Assembly (NCBI GenBank): GCA_963933905.1
Contig: CAWVWS010000002.1
Coordinates: 8,382 to 72,381 of the forward strand
Reading direction: 5' to 3'
Length of the DNA stretch: 64,000 nt
Source: an uncultured Sulfitobacter sp.
GTDB lineage: Bacteria; Pseudomonadota; Alphaproteobacteria; Rhodobacterales; Rhodobacteraceae
Every line of letters starts with the position of its first letter. Positions within the stretch are counted from its first letter, which is position 1. A model generated the notes under the pieces. It had not been told where the DNA came from. It saw nothing but the letters and a program-made list of their open reading frames with translations, and ran no database searches. Below are positions 19,052-30,610 of the stretch, piece by piece. Position numbers and translations under genes: made by a program.

Positions 19052-20326
19052 TTAACCGTTTGAGCGCAATATGTTGCCTGCAAGATACAACGAACCACAG
19101 ACCAAGATGCGCGCATGCGGGTCGACCTCCACGATCTCGCACACAGCAGTTTCAACATCCGCAGCCTCCGTTGCCACCATCCCGACACTCAAAGCCGCTT
19201 GTGCCGTCGTAGCCGCAGGCAATGTCGCCGCCTCACCAGGGATCAAGACAGCATGCAGCGCTGTTATATGAGGCGCAAGCGGGCGCAAATAGCCCGAGAT
19301 GTCCTTGGTGTTGAGCATGCCGCAAATCATATAGGTCGGCACCTTTGGCAACTCGTCCAAAACAGTCGCGAGCGCCACACCAGCTGCCGGATTGTGACCG
19401 CCGTCCAGCCAAAGTTCTGCCGTAGCGGCAGCAGCGACCAGGGGCCCGTGTTTGAGGCGTTGCATCCGCGCAGGCCATTGGGCCTTTGTCACCGCTCCTT
19501 CGCAGGCCGCATTATCAAAACCAAGTGTGCGCAGCACCGCAATCGCACCGCCTGCGTTTTGCACCTGATGCAAGCCCGGCAAATTGGGCAACGGCAAGTC
19601 AAGCAGGCCCTGCTCGTCTTGGTAGACCATCCGCCCTGCCTCACGGTGCGCATGCCAATGCTGGCCATAGACACTCAACGGAGCCATGTGACGTGCGGCA
19701 ACTGCTTCGATCACCTCAAGGCCTGATTCCTGCTGCGGGCCAACAATACAAGGCACGCGACGCTTGATTATGCCCGCCTTTTCACCTGCAATCTCGGGCA
19801 GCGTATCGCCAAGGAACTGTTGATGATCGAGGTCGACGGGCGTGATGATTGTAGCCGTGGGATCGGCGATCACATTGGTTGCATCCAACCGCCCACCAAG
19901 GCCAACTTCGAGCAGCGTATAATCCGCAGGCGTGCGCGAGAAAGCGAGCAATGCCGCACAGGTCGTAATCTCGAAATAGGTGATGTTCTCACCATTATTG
20001 GCGGCATAACATTCGTCTAAAACTTGCGTCAGATGCTCTTCGGTAATCAGTTCTCCAGCAAGCCGGATACGCTCGTGAAACCGTGCAAGATGGGGGGAGG
20101 TGTAAGCGTGAACCTTCTTGCCAGCAGTCTCTAATCCCGCGCGGATCATCGCTTGGGTAGAGCCTTTTCCGTTGGTTCCTGCGATGTGGATAACAGGCGG
20201 TAGACTGTTCTGCGGATTGCCCAGCGCATCCAGCAGCTTGAGCATACGATCCAACGTCAGATCGATGATTTTCGGGTGCAGCGCCATCATGCGCTCAAGG
20301 ATGAGGTCGGATGTCTGAGCCGTCAT
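19052..20326 (-). CDS. folC: Folylpolyglutamate synthase/dihydrofolate synthase
   Basis: HIAGTNGKGS, YTSPHL, EVGLGGRLDATN and DGGHN. Confidence 0.96.
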   Translation of the reverse strand: MTAQTSDLILERMMALHPKIIDLTLDRMLKLLDALGNPQNSLPPVIHIAGTNGKGSTQAMIRAGLETAGKKVHAYTSPHLARFHERIRLAGELITEEHLTQVLDECYAANNGENITYFEITTCAALLAFSRTPADYTLLEVGLGGRLDATNVIADPTATIITPVDLDHQQFLGDTLPEIAGEKAGIIKRRVPCIVGPQQESGLEVIEAVAARHMAPLSVYGQHWHAHREAGRMVYQDEQGLLDLPLPNLPGLHQVQNAGGAIAVLRTLGFDNAACEGAVTKAQWPARMQRLKHGPLVAAAATAELWLDGGHNPAAGVALATVLDELPKVPTYMICGMLNTKDISGYLRPLAPHITALHAVLIPGEAATLPAATTAQAALSVGMVATEAADVETAVCEIVEVDPHARILVCGSLYLAGNILRSNG

Positions 20327-20414
20327 GCGGGAATTTCACTTCTTATTTTACAAAATCAGACCTGCATATGAGGTAACGCCGATATGCAGACCAACCCTGA
20401 CTATGCTTTCAGGA

Positions 20415-21359
20415 TCACTTCTTAGGATCGGCTTGTGCCGCTGTATCCGCTTTTTGTGGTAGTTCCTGCAGAGCTTCAACAGGTGCTGGCAGATCGCCCC
20501 GGACAGCAGGGGGAAGACCCATCAACATGCGGGTGATCGTGATCAGTTCATCGCGCATCTCGGTGCGTGGCGTGACGCGGTCCAACATACCGTGTTCCAG
20601 GAGGTATTCCGCACGCTGGAAACCTTCGGGCAGTTTCTCGCGGATCGTCTGCTCAATCACGCGTGGCCCAGCAAAGCAAATAAGTGCATTCGGCTCGGCG
20701 ATGTGGACGTCACCCAGCATGGCGTAGCTGGCGGTAACGCCACCCGTGGTGGGGTGGGTCAGTACAACAATATAGGGCAGGTCAGCTTCTTTAAGCATTT
20801 GCACCGCGACCGTGGTGCGGGGCATTTGCATCAGGCTCAGAATGCCTTCTTGCATGCGCGCGCCACCAGCGGCGGAGAAGAGGATCAACGGGCGCTTGAG
20901 CTTTACTGCTTCTTCGGCTGCGGCGATAATCGCATTGCCGACGTACATACCCATGGAGCCAGCCATAAAGCTGAAGTCTTGGGCACAAGCGACGATAGGC
21001 GTACGGCCAATCTCGCCTGCGGCGACCAGCATCGCTTCATTCTCTTCGGTCAGCTTTTGCGCAGCACGCAAGCGGTCTGGATATTTCTTTTGATCGCGGA
21101 ACTGGAGCGGATCAACGGTGGGCGCAGGGACCTTCACTTCATTGAATATACCGCCATCAAACAGCGCGGCAAAACGGTCACGCGCAGTGATGTGCATGTG
21201 GTGGCCACAGTTGGTGCAAACATTGAGGTTATCGCTCACCTCGCGGTGAAACAACATCGTGCCGCATTCATCACATTTCGTCCAAAGGTTCTCTGGAGTC
21301 TCGCGGCGCGAAAAGATCGAGTTGATCCGCGGGCGGACATAGTTGTTGATCCAGTTCAT
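20415..21359 (-). CDS. accD: Acetyl-CoA carboxylase carboxyltransferase beta subunit
   Basis: Zn finger CDEC...CTNC; GGARMQEG and PTTGGVTAS. Confidence 0.97.
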   Translation of the reverse strand: MNWINNYVRPRINSIFSRRETPENLWTKCDECGTMLFHREVSDNLNVCTNCGHHMHITARDRFAALFDGGIFNEVKVPAPTVDPLQFRDQKKYPDRLRAAQKLTEENEAMLVAAGEIGRTPIVACAQDFSFMAGSMGMYVGNAIIAAAEEAVKLKRPLILFSAAGGARMQEGILSLMQMPRTTVAVQMLKEADLPYIVVLTHPTTGGVTASYAMLGDVHIAEPNALICFAGPRVIEQTIREKLPEGFQRAEYLLEHGMLDRVTPRTEMRDELITITRMLMGLPPAVRGDLPAPVEALQELPQKADTAAQADPKK

Positions 21360-21420
21360 ATCGCGGGCCTCGTACCATTACGCATACCATTCAAATAAGG
21401 GGGTCGCGCGGGAATTGCAA

Positions 21421-22320
21421 TCAGCGGCGCAAGGCCAGTCGCGCTGCCAGCCAGCTGACAATCATCATGGCGAAATCCACTGGCATCCATGCGCGTAAAT
21501 GTGCCTCGTCCTCCATTCCGAATGGGGTATGCCACAGCGACAAGCCCCCGAGACTGTCGGGCAAGGAGGTGATCAGCAGAGCGGTGACATTGTTCAAAAA
21601 ATGCACGGCAAGTGAGGGACCGATGCTGCCTGCCCTCGCAGTCAGATCAGCCATCAGCACCCCGAACAAGGTCGCCCACACGACAATCATTACGGCATTC
21701 TCACCTGCCTCTGCGGGTTGATAGTGCAGTATCCCAAACAAGATGGACGGCAGCACCATCCAGACCAGAGGTGAGGAGAAGCGCGCGCCGAGTTGCTGTT
21801 GCAGATACCCGCGAAAGAAAATCTCCTCGGCGCTGATCTGTACAAACACAGCAGAAAGCGACAGCGGCAGCAGCAGGGCCCATAGGCCAACGGCCATATT
21901 CGGCACCAAATCGCCGCCAATGCCATAAGGCGGCAGGATCATCAGAACAGCCCCCAGCAGAACTAGAATACCTGTCACACGGAAAAACTGCGGCACTGCA
22001 AGGATTGTGGGGCCGAACACTGTAAGCGCATCCCGCTTGTGCACAAACTTCACAATGGCAAGAACGCTGATGCTGATGAGCGCAAAACTTGCCAAAAGGA
22101 CATACATGGCCAGCGGCGTATCACTCGCCATCAACTCATCATGAAAGGTTGGGCGATAACGGGTCAGTTCGGAAACGGCCTGATTGAATAGCAGCGCAAG
22201 AGGCACGTAGACCGCAACCATCGCAACAATGGCAAGCAGTGTCCGCCACAGCTCGGATCGGTCTGCGGCGGCTGTGGTGTGCAGCACGTGGGCGGAATAG
22301 TCAGGCATCAGACGCATCAC
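21421..22320 (-). CDS. CPBP (Abi/CAAX) family intramembrane metalloprotease
   Basis: EEIFFRGY, FGILH and HFLNN. Confidence 0.9.
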   Translation of the reverse strand: MMRLMPDYSAHVLHTTAAADRSELWRTLLAIVAMVAVYVPLALLFNQAVSELTRYRPTFHDELMASDTPLAMYVLLASFALISISVLAIVKFVHKRDALTVFGPTILAVPQFFRVTGILVLLGAVLMILPPYGIGGDLVPNMAVGLWALLLPLSLSAVFVQISAEEIFFRGYLQQQLGARFSSPLVWMVLPSILFGILHYQPAEAGENAVMIVVWATLFGVLMADLTARAGSIGPSLAVHFLNNVTALLITSLPDSLGGLSLWHTPFGMEDEAHLRAWMPVDFAMMIVSWLAARLALRR

Positions 22321-25300
22321 GGCTCATCCTTGAACGTGTCACGGGGGATTTCGATTTGTGCATCCCGTATCACTTCGGCAGCGCCGCTCAAATGCCCCGA
22401 AACCGTCTTTAGCAAGCTCATCAAAACGGTTGTATCACTCTCGATGACCGAGCGGAATTCGTCGGCACCGATCCTCAGGAACCGCGTATCTTCGAGCGCT
22501 TTCAAACTCGCTTTTCGCGGCTCATGGATGATCACGGCGAGATCCCCGATAACGCGACCCGGTTCAACCGTCGAGACATGGTGCTCGACGCCGTCCTTAT
22601 CCAGCAACCTCACCTCGGCTTTGCCGGAGAGGCACAAATAGACCGCGTCAGCCTTTTGTCCCATGCTGAAAATGGTCGTACCCGACGGAGCATCATACCA
22701 CTGCGCCGCAAAAGCCAAAAGCCGCTGGGCCCGTGGCGCGAGTGCCCCGAATAGCTTATTGCGCTGGATCAGCTTCAGCTTGCGCCACAAGTCGTCGGAG
22801 ATATTGTCTGAACTGTCAAACCGTTCGGTGCTGTCGACCCCATCAATGCGGCCATGGTTGATTTCCACAAACATTTCATAGCTTTCAGGCGCATCAAATG
22901 CATCGTCGAGGAAAATCTGTGTCGTGTCCGGCAACAAGTCGCGCAACCGCTCGCGCGTGCGGGTCAGGTCACTCCCCGCAAGAGCTTGGTCGAAGATGAT
23001 TACGTCAGGCCGTTTGATCGCAGCTCGGGTAAATGCGGCACGCTCGTGGATCGTTTGCGGCAGGTTGGTGCCGCCAATCGCAGTGGGGATATCAAAGGCA
23101 ATACGGGCCACTTGAGCGCGCAAATCATGCTCTCTCAGTACATCGGATACGGCATCCACCACCAGATCGGCCTGCACCCCTGCGATCGCCGAAATGCGTC
23201 CATAAATCAGGTTCTCAAGCAGGGTCATCCGCGGCAGGAAGGTATCAAGTGCTACGGGTACAAACAAATCCTTGGCCAACTCCCGCAGGGTAGCGCCGCG
23301 ACTGCGCCGGATCTTGAGGATTTCATCCTTGAAAGCTTCGGGAAATGCGGGGCCAATCTGCTCTGCCGTGAGCGCAAAGGGAACGGTCAGCAGCAGGGCA
23401 AATTCATCTTGGCTCAATGCCCCATCGCCTTTGGTGCGGCGGCGAGTCGCAATATCCACAAGCTGCTCATAGAGATCTTCGTCAATGTTCAAAGAGGTGA
23501 ACAACGGATGATTGGTGCCATCCATGCCAAAGGTTTGGTGCAGGGTCTCAACCAGTGTTTGGGAGATGCCGATGCCCTGCTCTGCCAGACCGTTTTCGGC
23601 GATCATTCCGATAAACACTTTTTCTGCGGCAAGGCCCCGCTGGCTGATATCACGACGCGGTGCCGCAAACATGAGATTACCACCAAGCGGGATCGCAGGG
23701 TTGAACTTGTCAGGATCAAAACGGTGGATCGCACCGTCAAGATTGCGCTCTTTGAGCGTGTCATAAACCTGCTCTCGAAGGTCGATGATCGAACGGGCCA
23801 GCCCCGCATGCTCGGTCACGTCTATCTTGGTCCCCAACATGCCACGGATAATGGCCTCGTCGGTATTGAGCACGCGGCTCAACTCGAACCACCAGTCATA
23901 TACGTCGTCCATGGTATCCAAACCCGCCAAGGCAGGATCAATCCATCCGGCACGCAAGCTATCAAGGCTGTTGCCTGAGCAGCGCGCTTCGATCCCGACG
24001 TTATCTTTGTGATTAGGGTCCCACAAAACTGTCTTGGGCGAGGTACGCAAGGACATCAAAAGGTTGTCGCCGATGGTGCCGTGAAACAGGTAGGGTTGCG
24101 CTCGCACATAGCCGATCCGTGCAGCAATCACCGCCTGATGCAGCGTCGAGATATCAATGTCGCCCATGACCACACTGCCCCGCGTTGGTATAATTTCACG
24201 GGTCAGCAGTTCAGCAATCGCACGCCTCTCAGACATCGAAGATGTCTTGATCGCGACTTGTGAGCCTTTGGAAATATCCAGCGTGATGTCTTCCAGAACC
24301 GAGCTCCCATCAGCGCCACGTACAAATACATTCTGCAGCGCGATGGTGCCTTTTAGGTGTGGCACGGTTTCGGGTGTTCCCTCGAACAAGGCATCGTCAA
24401 TCATGCCCGCAGGCGCAAACCGTTCGGTCACAATATCCCAGCGCAAGGCCATATCCTGAGTCTGATTGTAGTAGGCGAGCAACTCTTTCCACGGGTTACT
24501 GAGGTCTTTGTAGGCCGCAAGAGCCGCGACCAATGCGCCCACCGTAATTTCACCCCGAATGGCAAGAATGCCGCCCACAAGGTAGAAAAAGAATGGCGTA
24601 AGTTGAGTGATGAAGTTGTTAAGGAACTTCATAAAGAATTTCTTTTGATAAATTTTAAAGCGGATCTCGAACAGGCGACCCAAACGGTCGGTGAACTGCG
24701 CCAGCCTGAAGCGCCACCCACCGTTGTTGCGCAAATCAGCTATGCCTGCGGCCGTTTCACCGATCTCGGCAGAGAGGAGTCGCACTTCGGTAATCCGCTC
24801 TTTGTTCAGCAGGTTGATCTGGCGTTGCAGGATGGGAATGACATAGGCCTGCAATGGAATAAGCGCGATGCCAGCGAGGCCAAACCAGAAGGATTGCAGG
24901 AACAAAAAGAACACAATCGTGATCATCTGCCCTGCCTGAAACACAGGCTGCGCAATAAAATCTCCCATCAGGCCGCCCATCGGCTCTGCCTCGGAGGTGA
25001 TCATGCTGACCAGTTCCCCCTGTGAGGTGTCCTAAAATACCGTGTCGGGAAGCGCATCATGCGCGAGATAAGCGTGTAGCGGAAACGGCGAAGAAGCCGT
25101 TCGGCTGTGACATCTTTCATCGTATTTAGCCGCATTTTAAGCAGGCCGTGAATCAAAACGGCAGCAAGATAGGCAAAGCACAAAGCCGTCAGAAACTGAA
25201 TTTGGCTCAGCTCTACACTGACAAAGCTGACCATCGGATCCTCGGCGCCAATCGCATCGTTGATGATCTGTTTTGGCAGGATCAATGTCGTATACAACAG

Positions 25301-25387
25301 CGGGAAGGTAATCAGCGTGACCGCCAATAGGACCATCTGCTCACGCTTGGAGTGCTTCCAGATAAAGGCGAACAGGCTGCGGTCCAT
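22317..25387 (-). pseudogene. ABC transporter (TMD + degenerate NBD + C-terminal cNMP-binding domain) with a -1 frameshift near 25027
   Basis: The N-terminal ORF MDRSLF...RYFRT and the C-terminal frame SQGELVSMITSEAE join if one base is restored (AGG ACA [A]CC TCA CAG), giving ~1024 codons; cNMP-domain motifs GRVIGDLA and EPRKAS. Confidence 0.85.
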
Positions 25388-25532
25388 AACAATGGCTTTC
25401 TGCGGGAAATCGAGTGTCATACTTAGTGACTTACACCATACATTGCCAGCCACCGCAGACTGCAAACGCTTGCAGCAGGCGGTTCGCACCATTATGCCGT
25501 TGTCAAAGAATTCTTCACAGGAGAGCCCTCAC

Positions 25533-27299
25533 ATGTCCAGCAACCCACGTTTCGACAAATCCAAACTGCCCAGCCGCCATGTAACCGAAGGACCGGCGCG
25601 CGCGCCGCACCGCTCGTATTACTATGCGATGGGCATGACGGAGGAGGAGATTCACCAGCCTCTGGTTGGCGTTGCGACGTGCTGGAACGAGGCAGCGCCG
25701 TGCAACATCGCGCTCAACCGTCAGGCGCAGTCGGTCAAGATCGGCGTCAAAGCCGAGCAAGGGACACCGCGGGAGTTCACAACCATCACTGTCACCGACG
25801 GCATTGCGATGGGCCATGAGGGCATGCGCTCCTCCCTTGCCTCGCGTGAGGCGATTGCCGACACCGTTGAGCTAACAATGCGCGGTCACTGCTATGACGC
25901 GATTGTGGGTTTGGCGGGTTGCGACAAATCGTTGCCCGGAATGATGATGGCGATGATCCGTCTCAACGTGCCTTCTGTATTCATGTATGGCGGCTCCATC
26001 CTACCAGGTCGCACTGCCGAAGGTGCAAACGTGCCAGAGCAATTTGCCAACCGCGACCTCACAGTTCAGGACATGTTCGAGGCTGTGGGCAACTGGCAGG
26101 GTGGCACGCTCTCTGAGGAAGCACTTGATGTACTTGAGCGCGTTGCATGCCCCTCGGCGGGTGCGTGTGGTGGCCAGTTTACGGCCAACACAATGGCATG
26201 TGTGTCCGAAGCAATCGGCCTTGCCCTTCCCAACTCGTCCGGCGCACCTGCCCCGTACAAGAGCCGCGATGAGTATGCGATTGCATCAGGCAAAGCAGTC
26301 ATGAACCTGATCGAGAAGAACATCCGCGCACGCGACATCTGCACGCGTCAAGCATTCGAGAATGCAGCGCGCATCGTTGCTTGCACAGGCGGCTCCACCA
26401 ACGCGGGTCTGCACCTTCCCGCCATGGCGCATGAAGCGGGAATTGATTTCTTTCTGGAGGACGTCTGCGAAATCTTCCGCGACACCCCCCACTTTGTTGA
26501 TATGAAGCCAGGCGGTGCCTATGTCGCCAAGGACCTTTATGAAGCTGGTGGTGTCCCTGTTGTCATGCGTGAGCTGCGTAAAGCGGGTATGATCCACGAG
26601 GATTGTATGACAGTCACAGGCTATTCCATGGGTGAGGAGCTGGACAAAGTCCAACGCGATGCAGATGGCAAAGTGATCCATGCGGTGACAAACCCGATCA
26701 GCACCACAGGCGGTGTTGTGGGTCTCAAAGGGAACCTTGCCCCTGAAGGGGCCATCGTAAAAATCGCAGGCATGAGTGACGAGGATATCGTCTTCACCGG
26801 CCCCGCGCTGGTGTTCGAATGTGAGCAGGACGCCTTTGAAGCCGTACAGAACCGCACCTACTCCGAAGGTGATGTGTTTGTGATCCGCAACGAGGGTCCA
26901 CGCGGCGGTCCCGGTATGCGCGAAATGCTGGCGACAACAGCGGCGCTCTCGGGTCAGGGCATGGGCAAGAAGGTGGCACTCATCACCGATGGTCGTTTCT
27001 CGGGTGCGACACGCGGTTTTTGTGTCGGTCACGTAGGTCCGGAAGCGGCCTTGGGCGGTCCGATCGGCCTGCTGAAGAATGGCGATATGATTACGCTTAA
27101 CGCAATCACAGGCTCCATCTCCGTTGATCTGACTGACGAGGAATTCGCCAAGCGCAAAGCGGCATGGACTGGTCCGCGCGAAACACTTTACGCATCCGGT
27201 GCGCTGTGGAAATATGCGCAGCTTGTCGGCCCGACATATCTGGGAGCAGTGACGCATCCCGGCGCCAAGAAAGAGCGTCATGACTACATGGACCTCTAA
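25533..27299 (+). CDS. ilvD: Dihydroxy-acid dehydratase
   Basis: [30 protein letters not shown] and TDGRFSG; GGAG SD before ATG 25533. Confidence 0.96.
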   Translation: MSSNPRFDKSKLPSRHVTEGPARAPHRSYYYAMGMTEEEIHQPLVGVATCWNEAAPCNIALNRQAQSVKIGVKAEQGTPREFTTITVTDGIAMGHEGMRSSLASREAIADTVELTMRGHCYDAIVGLAGCDKSLPGMMMAMIRLNVPSVFMYGGSILPGRTAEGANVPEQFANRDLTVQDMFEAVGNWQGGTLSEEALDVLERVACPSAGACGGQFTANTMACVSEAIGLALPNSSGAPAPYKSRDEYAIASGKAVMNLIEKNIRARDICTRQAFENAARIVACTGGSTNAGLHLPAMAHEAGIDFFLEDVCEIFRDTPHFVDMKPGGAYVAKDLYEAGGVPVVMRELRKAGMIHEDCMTVTGYSMGEELDKVQRDADGKVIHAVTNPISTTGGVVGLKGNLAPEGAIVKIAGMSDEDIVFTGPALVFECEQDAFEAVQNRTYSEGDVFVIRNEGPRGGPGMREMLATTAALSGQGMGKKVALITDGRFSGATRGFCVGHVGPEAALGGPIGLLKNGDMITLNAITGSISVDLTDEEFAKRKAAWTGPRETLYASGALWKYAQLVGPTYLGAVTHPGAKKERHDYMDL

Positions 27300-27885
27300 A
27301 CACCTCATCGCGCTCGGCCTCGCCTCGGTGCTGGGCGCGTGTGAAGCGATGGATACAGGCACGACACTTCTGGCGGGACTCGCACCGCTAGAAGACGCCG
27401 CCCTACCAGCAGTGCCGCTGACCCAAGCGATGATGATGCGCGGCGGCGTTACATTGGTGCCACCGTCGGGGTACTGCATTGATCCAGAAAGTCTGAGCCA
27501 TAAATTCGCGCTTATGGCACGTTGTGACAATATGGGTGCAGCGACAGGTGGGGAGGGTGCGCCAGCAGGTGTCCTAACTGTAAGCCTGACGCGCAATGTC
27601 CTGAACCCAATCCTGCCGACTGCACAAGAAGTGGCAACCGCGGCAGGTGTTGGTCCACCCGAGGACGCACGGCAGAGCGATAACGGCATCGTATTCCGCA
27701 CCAAAGGGGTTGCCCCCTCGCCTGATTTGTCCCCGACACATTGGCGGTCGATCGCAAAGGTCGGAAAATTTACAATGGGGGCTGCCCTATTTGGCCCTGA
27801 AGGGCGAAGAGCTGTTTCACCCGAAGGTGCCAGCCTGTTGGAAGAGATGATCAAAAGCACCACAAACAAGATGAACGCAGGTTAG
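27280..27885 (+). CDS. Hypothetical lipoprotein
   Basis: Lipobox LGAC; PPSGYCID...LMARC; overlaps the end of ilvD. Confidence 0.75.
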   Translation: MTTWTSKHLIALGLASVLGACEAMDTGTTLLAGLAPLEDAALPAVPLTQAMMMRGGVTLVPPSGYCIDPESLSHKFALMARCDNMGAATGGEGAPAGVLTVSLTRNVLNPILPTAQEVATAAGVGPPEDARQSDNGIVFRTKGVAPSPDLSPTHWRSIAKVGKFTMGAALFGPEGRRAVSPEGASLLEEMIKSTTNKMNAG

Positions 27886-28001
27886 AATCACGATGCTTGC
27901 ACGGCCCTAGGCTTGCATGGCATCCTACTGCCAATATGCAGGCTGGGGGCATCCTTGGTTCTGTGACATAAAAAGACACCGAGAGCAGCAAGGCAGACGA
28001 T

Positions 28002-28766
28002 ATGGCCAAAATTGGCGAACATCTTTTTTGATAAGGCGGTCTTAGCCGAACGCTCGCTAAATGGGCCCGCAATGCGCGCATGGCGCGGGCGGCTGATCTC
28101 ATTTCTCTGCGACGTCAGCGCATGCGCGCCCGCCAGCTCAAGGCGCATCTGGACCAATTGATTCATGTAGCGGACGAGCGGCTTGCCCTTCCTCTCGAAG
28201 GGTCCACCAGCTTTCCAAAACCCCACAACGCAGACTGGGCATGGCGTCCAGAACTGTGGCGCGGCCCCCTGCCAAAGCCGGGCATGTCCGCAGTGCAAAC
28301 CCGCTCTATGCTGGGCAATGAAATTACGCTTTTCCACGACTGCGAGTATTCCGAGCTTACGCTGCGCCAGCTGCGTGAATAAGACCTTGCTCCCTACGGA
28401 TTGCGCATGGACGTCTTCCGTTTTGACGGGTCCTTCCTGTCGCTGGTTCTCGATCTGCCGGAAGGGGGCGTTGAAGGCCTCAAGCGCACGCACCTCATTC
28501 GCATGGATGTGATTTTCGAGCTGGAAAAACCGATCGAGATTTTTGCCCACCTCAACATCAAGAATGGCCCCAACACCGAACAGATCGTTCGTGAGCTGGA
28601 CCTTTCACAAGACCAGATCGTGGTCGAATTCGATCTGGCCTATTCAAACCTGAACGAGCGGCGGATCGAAGGCGCGTGGCTTGACCTTATCTTTGAGGGG
28701 CCAGAAATGAATCAGGTTGTCCTGCGTGACCTGACATTCTCACGCCGCCCCCGCGCCCAGATTTAA
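28002..28766 (+). pseudogene. DUF6478-type protein disrupted by TGA-TAA (28029-28034) and TAA (28380-28382)
   Basis: ATG 28002 and ORFs 28080..28382 and 28401..28766 are all in one frame: MAKIGEHLF**GGLSRTLAKW...LRQLRE*DLAPYGLRMDVFRFDGSFLSL...WLDLIFEGPEMN. Confidence 0.8.
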
Positions 28767-28807
28767 ACCCTAATTTTGTCCGCCCTCCGAGGGCGATGGA
28801 GGACGCT

Positions 28808-29182
28808 ATGACCAGCCTCATACTCACCAAGACCAGGATGCAACAGGGCGTTTGGGAGGGCCTGCTTACCGGTGCGAGCCATGACGCAGCCCCCAAGCTT
28901 GATGTCGTGCATCAAGGCAAGCAGGTGCCAGACGTCACTGTCAAAGCTCTAGAGGACAAAAGCGGATTTGCTGTGCACGTTCCGATCCCTCAGGATGCGA
29001 TTTCGGACGGTATGCAGACGATTATTATATCCGATGCAGGACAGGACGAACAACTTGCGACGATCACACTGATGGCAGGTGAAGCCTTGGGCGATGACAT
29101 GCGGGTCGAAGTAGACTTGCTGCGTGCCGAACTGGATATGCTCAAACGTGCCTTCCGCAGGCATTGCCTCGAGACTGCTTGA
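28808..29182 (+). CDS. Conserved hypothetical protein
   Basis: GGAGG SD; GVWEG...LRAELDMLKRAFRRHC C-terminus typical of Rhodobacterales. Confidence 0.8.
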   Translation: MTSLILTKTRMQQGVWEGLLTGASHDAAPKLDVVHQGKQVPDVTVKALEDKSGFAVHVPIPQDAISDGMQTIIISDAGQDEQLATITLMAGEALGDDMRVEVDLLRAELDMLKRAFRRHCLETA

Positions 29183-29214
29183 GCAACGAAATCAGGCCTC
29201 AACCAGTACCGATT

Positions 29215-29254
29215 AAAAGAAAAGGGCCGCCCTGATGAGGACGGCCCACTTTTT
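29215..29254. terminator. Bidirectional intrinsic terminator between convergent genes
   Basis: AAAAGAAAA-GGGCCGCCCT-GATG-AGGACGGCCC-ACTTTTT. Confidence 0.7.
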
Positions 29255-29272
29255 ATCTACCTATAGCTTAGG

Positions 29273-30607
29273 TTAGTTCTTTGGACCCAGAGCGGACAGG
29301 CCTTTTAGGATGTCGATGGCATAGGCAAGCTGGTAATCCTCAATGCGCAGGTCCGCAGCTTTCTCAGCCTTCTCGCGGTCGGCTTCGATCTGCTTGATCT
29401 CGTCCTCGCTCAGGCTGTCGTTGTTCAGGCTGCCGCGCAGGTCCGCCTCAGAGCGCGAGCGACGAACTGATGTCTCTTCCTCTTCGCTCTCGGTGGCGCG
29501 CGGGGGCTGTGCTACGATGATGTCTGGCGACACACCCAGCGACTGAATGGAACGGCCCGATGGCGTGTAGTATCGCGCAGTGGTCAGGCGCATCGCCCCT
29601 TCGGAACGCAGGGGCATAACCGTCTGGACCGACCCTTTGCCAAAGCTTTTGGTCCCGATGACAATGGCGCGGCGGTGATCCTGCAACGCGCCTGCCACAA
29701 TCTCGGAGGCTGAGGCGGAACCACCGTTGATCAGCACGACAATCGGTTTGCCCTCGGCCAGATCGCCCATCTTGGCGTTGAAGCGGTCCCCATCAGAGGC
29801 TTCGCGCCCGCGGGTGCTGACAATCTCGCCCTCATTGAGGAAGGCATCAGACACTTTGATCGCTTGGTTCAGCAAACCGCCCGGGTTATTGCGCAGGTCG
29901 ATGACAAAGCCGTTGATGTTGTCGATACCGCCAGCGGCTTCGACTTTCTCAGCGAGTTGCTCGGCCATCTTGGGGTATGTCTGGTCGTTGAACGTGCTCA
30001 GGCGGAGCACGACACTATCCCCCTCAGTACGGGACCGGACAACGGTCAACTCAATCGTGTCACGGGTGATGGTTATATCAAACGGCTCACCCTCTCCTTC
30101 GCGCACAACCGTTATCACGATGTCTGAACCGACAGGTCCGCGCATCAGGTCAACCGCTTCGTCGAGCACCAGACCCAACAGGCTTTCACCATCTACATGG
30201 GTAATGAAATCGCCCGCCTCGATACCCGCCTCATCCGCAGGGGTGCCGTCGATGGGCGAGACAACTTTCACAAAGCCGTCTTCCTGTGTAACTTCGATAC
30301 CCAAGCCACCGAATTCACCGCGCGTCTGTTCACGCATTTTTACAGCGTCCTTAGGCGAAAGATAGCTGGAGTGCGGATCAAGGGAAGTCAGCATCCCGTC
30401 AATCGCCGCTTCAATCAACTCACCCGAATCAACCTCCTCGACGTATTGCGCACGAATGCGTTCAAAGATGTCACCGAAGAGATCGAGCTGTTCATATACA
30501 TTCTCTGTCTTGGCTGCTTCTTGCGCCAGCAGAGGTGCTGCAATCTGGGTCGTGGCAATAACACCAAGGACCGTTCCGCCTGCTGCGGCCATCAAAAACT
30601 TTTTCAT
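29273..30607 (-). CDS. ctpA: S41 family C-terminal processing peptidase with PDZ domain
   Basis: LDPHS, GLGIEV, DLRNNPGGLL, SASASEI and FGKGSVQ. Confidence 0.93.
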   Translation of the reverse strand: MKKFLMAAAGGTVLGVIATTQIAAPLLAQEAAKTENVYEQLDLFGDIFERIRAQYVEEVDSGELIEAAIDGMLTSLDPHSSYLSPKDAVKMREQTRGEFGGLGIEVTQEDGFVKVVSPIDGTPADEAGIEAGDFITHVDGESLLGLVLDEAVDLMRGPVGSDIVITVVREGEGEPFDITITRDTIELTVVRSRTEGDSVVLRLSTFNDQTYPKMAEQLAEKVEAAGGIDNINGFVIDLRNNPGGLLNQAIKVSDAFLNEGEIVSTRGREASDGDRFNAKMGDLAEGKPIVVLINGGSASASEIVAGALQDHRRAIVIGTKSFGKGSVQTVMPLRSEGAMRLTTARYYTPSGRSIQSLGVSPDIIVAQPPRATESEEEETSVRRSRSEADLRGSLNNDSLSEDEIKQIEADREKAEKAADLRIEDYQLAYAIDILKGLSALGPKN

Positions 30608-30610
30608 CTA

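Noticed and set aside
25001-25040. Programmed frameshift or phase variation in the ABC gene
   Set aside because: The missing base maps to AGG-ACA-CC-TCA, which is not a slippery heptamer or long homopolymer, so a simple deletion is more likely.
25260-25532. N-terminal extensions in the ORF track (ilvD, carbonic anhydrase, DUF1285, hyi, MFS 60553, AEC 10764)
   Set aside because: They overlap neighbouring genes or promoters and lack family similarity; downstream starts match the family N-termini, several with SD sequences.
26286-27869. Long antisense ORFs (527 aa here; also 17595..18704, 22854..23978, 31771..32715, 36165..37061)
   Set aside because: They are shadows of well-supported genes on the opposite strand in GC-rich DNA and carry no recognisable motifs.
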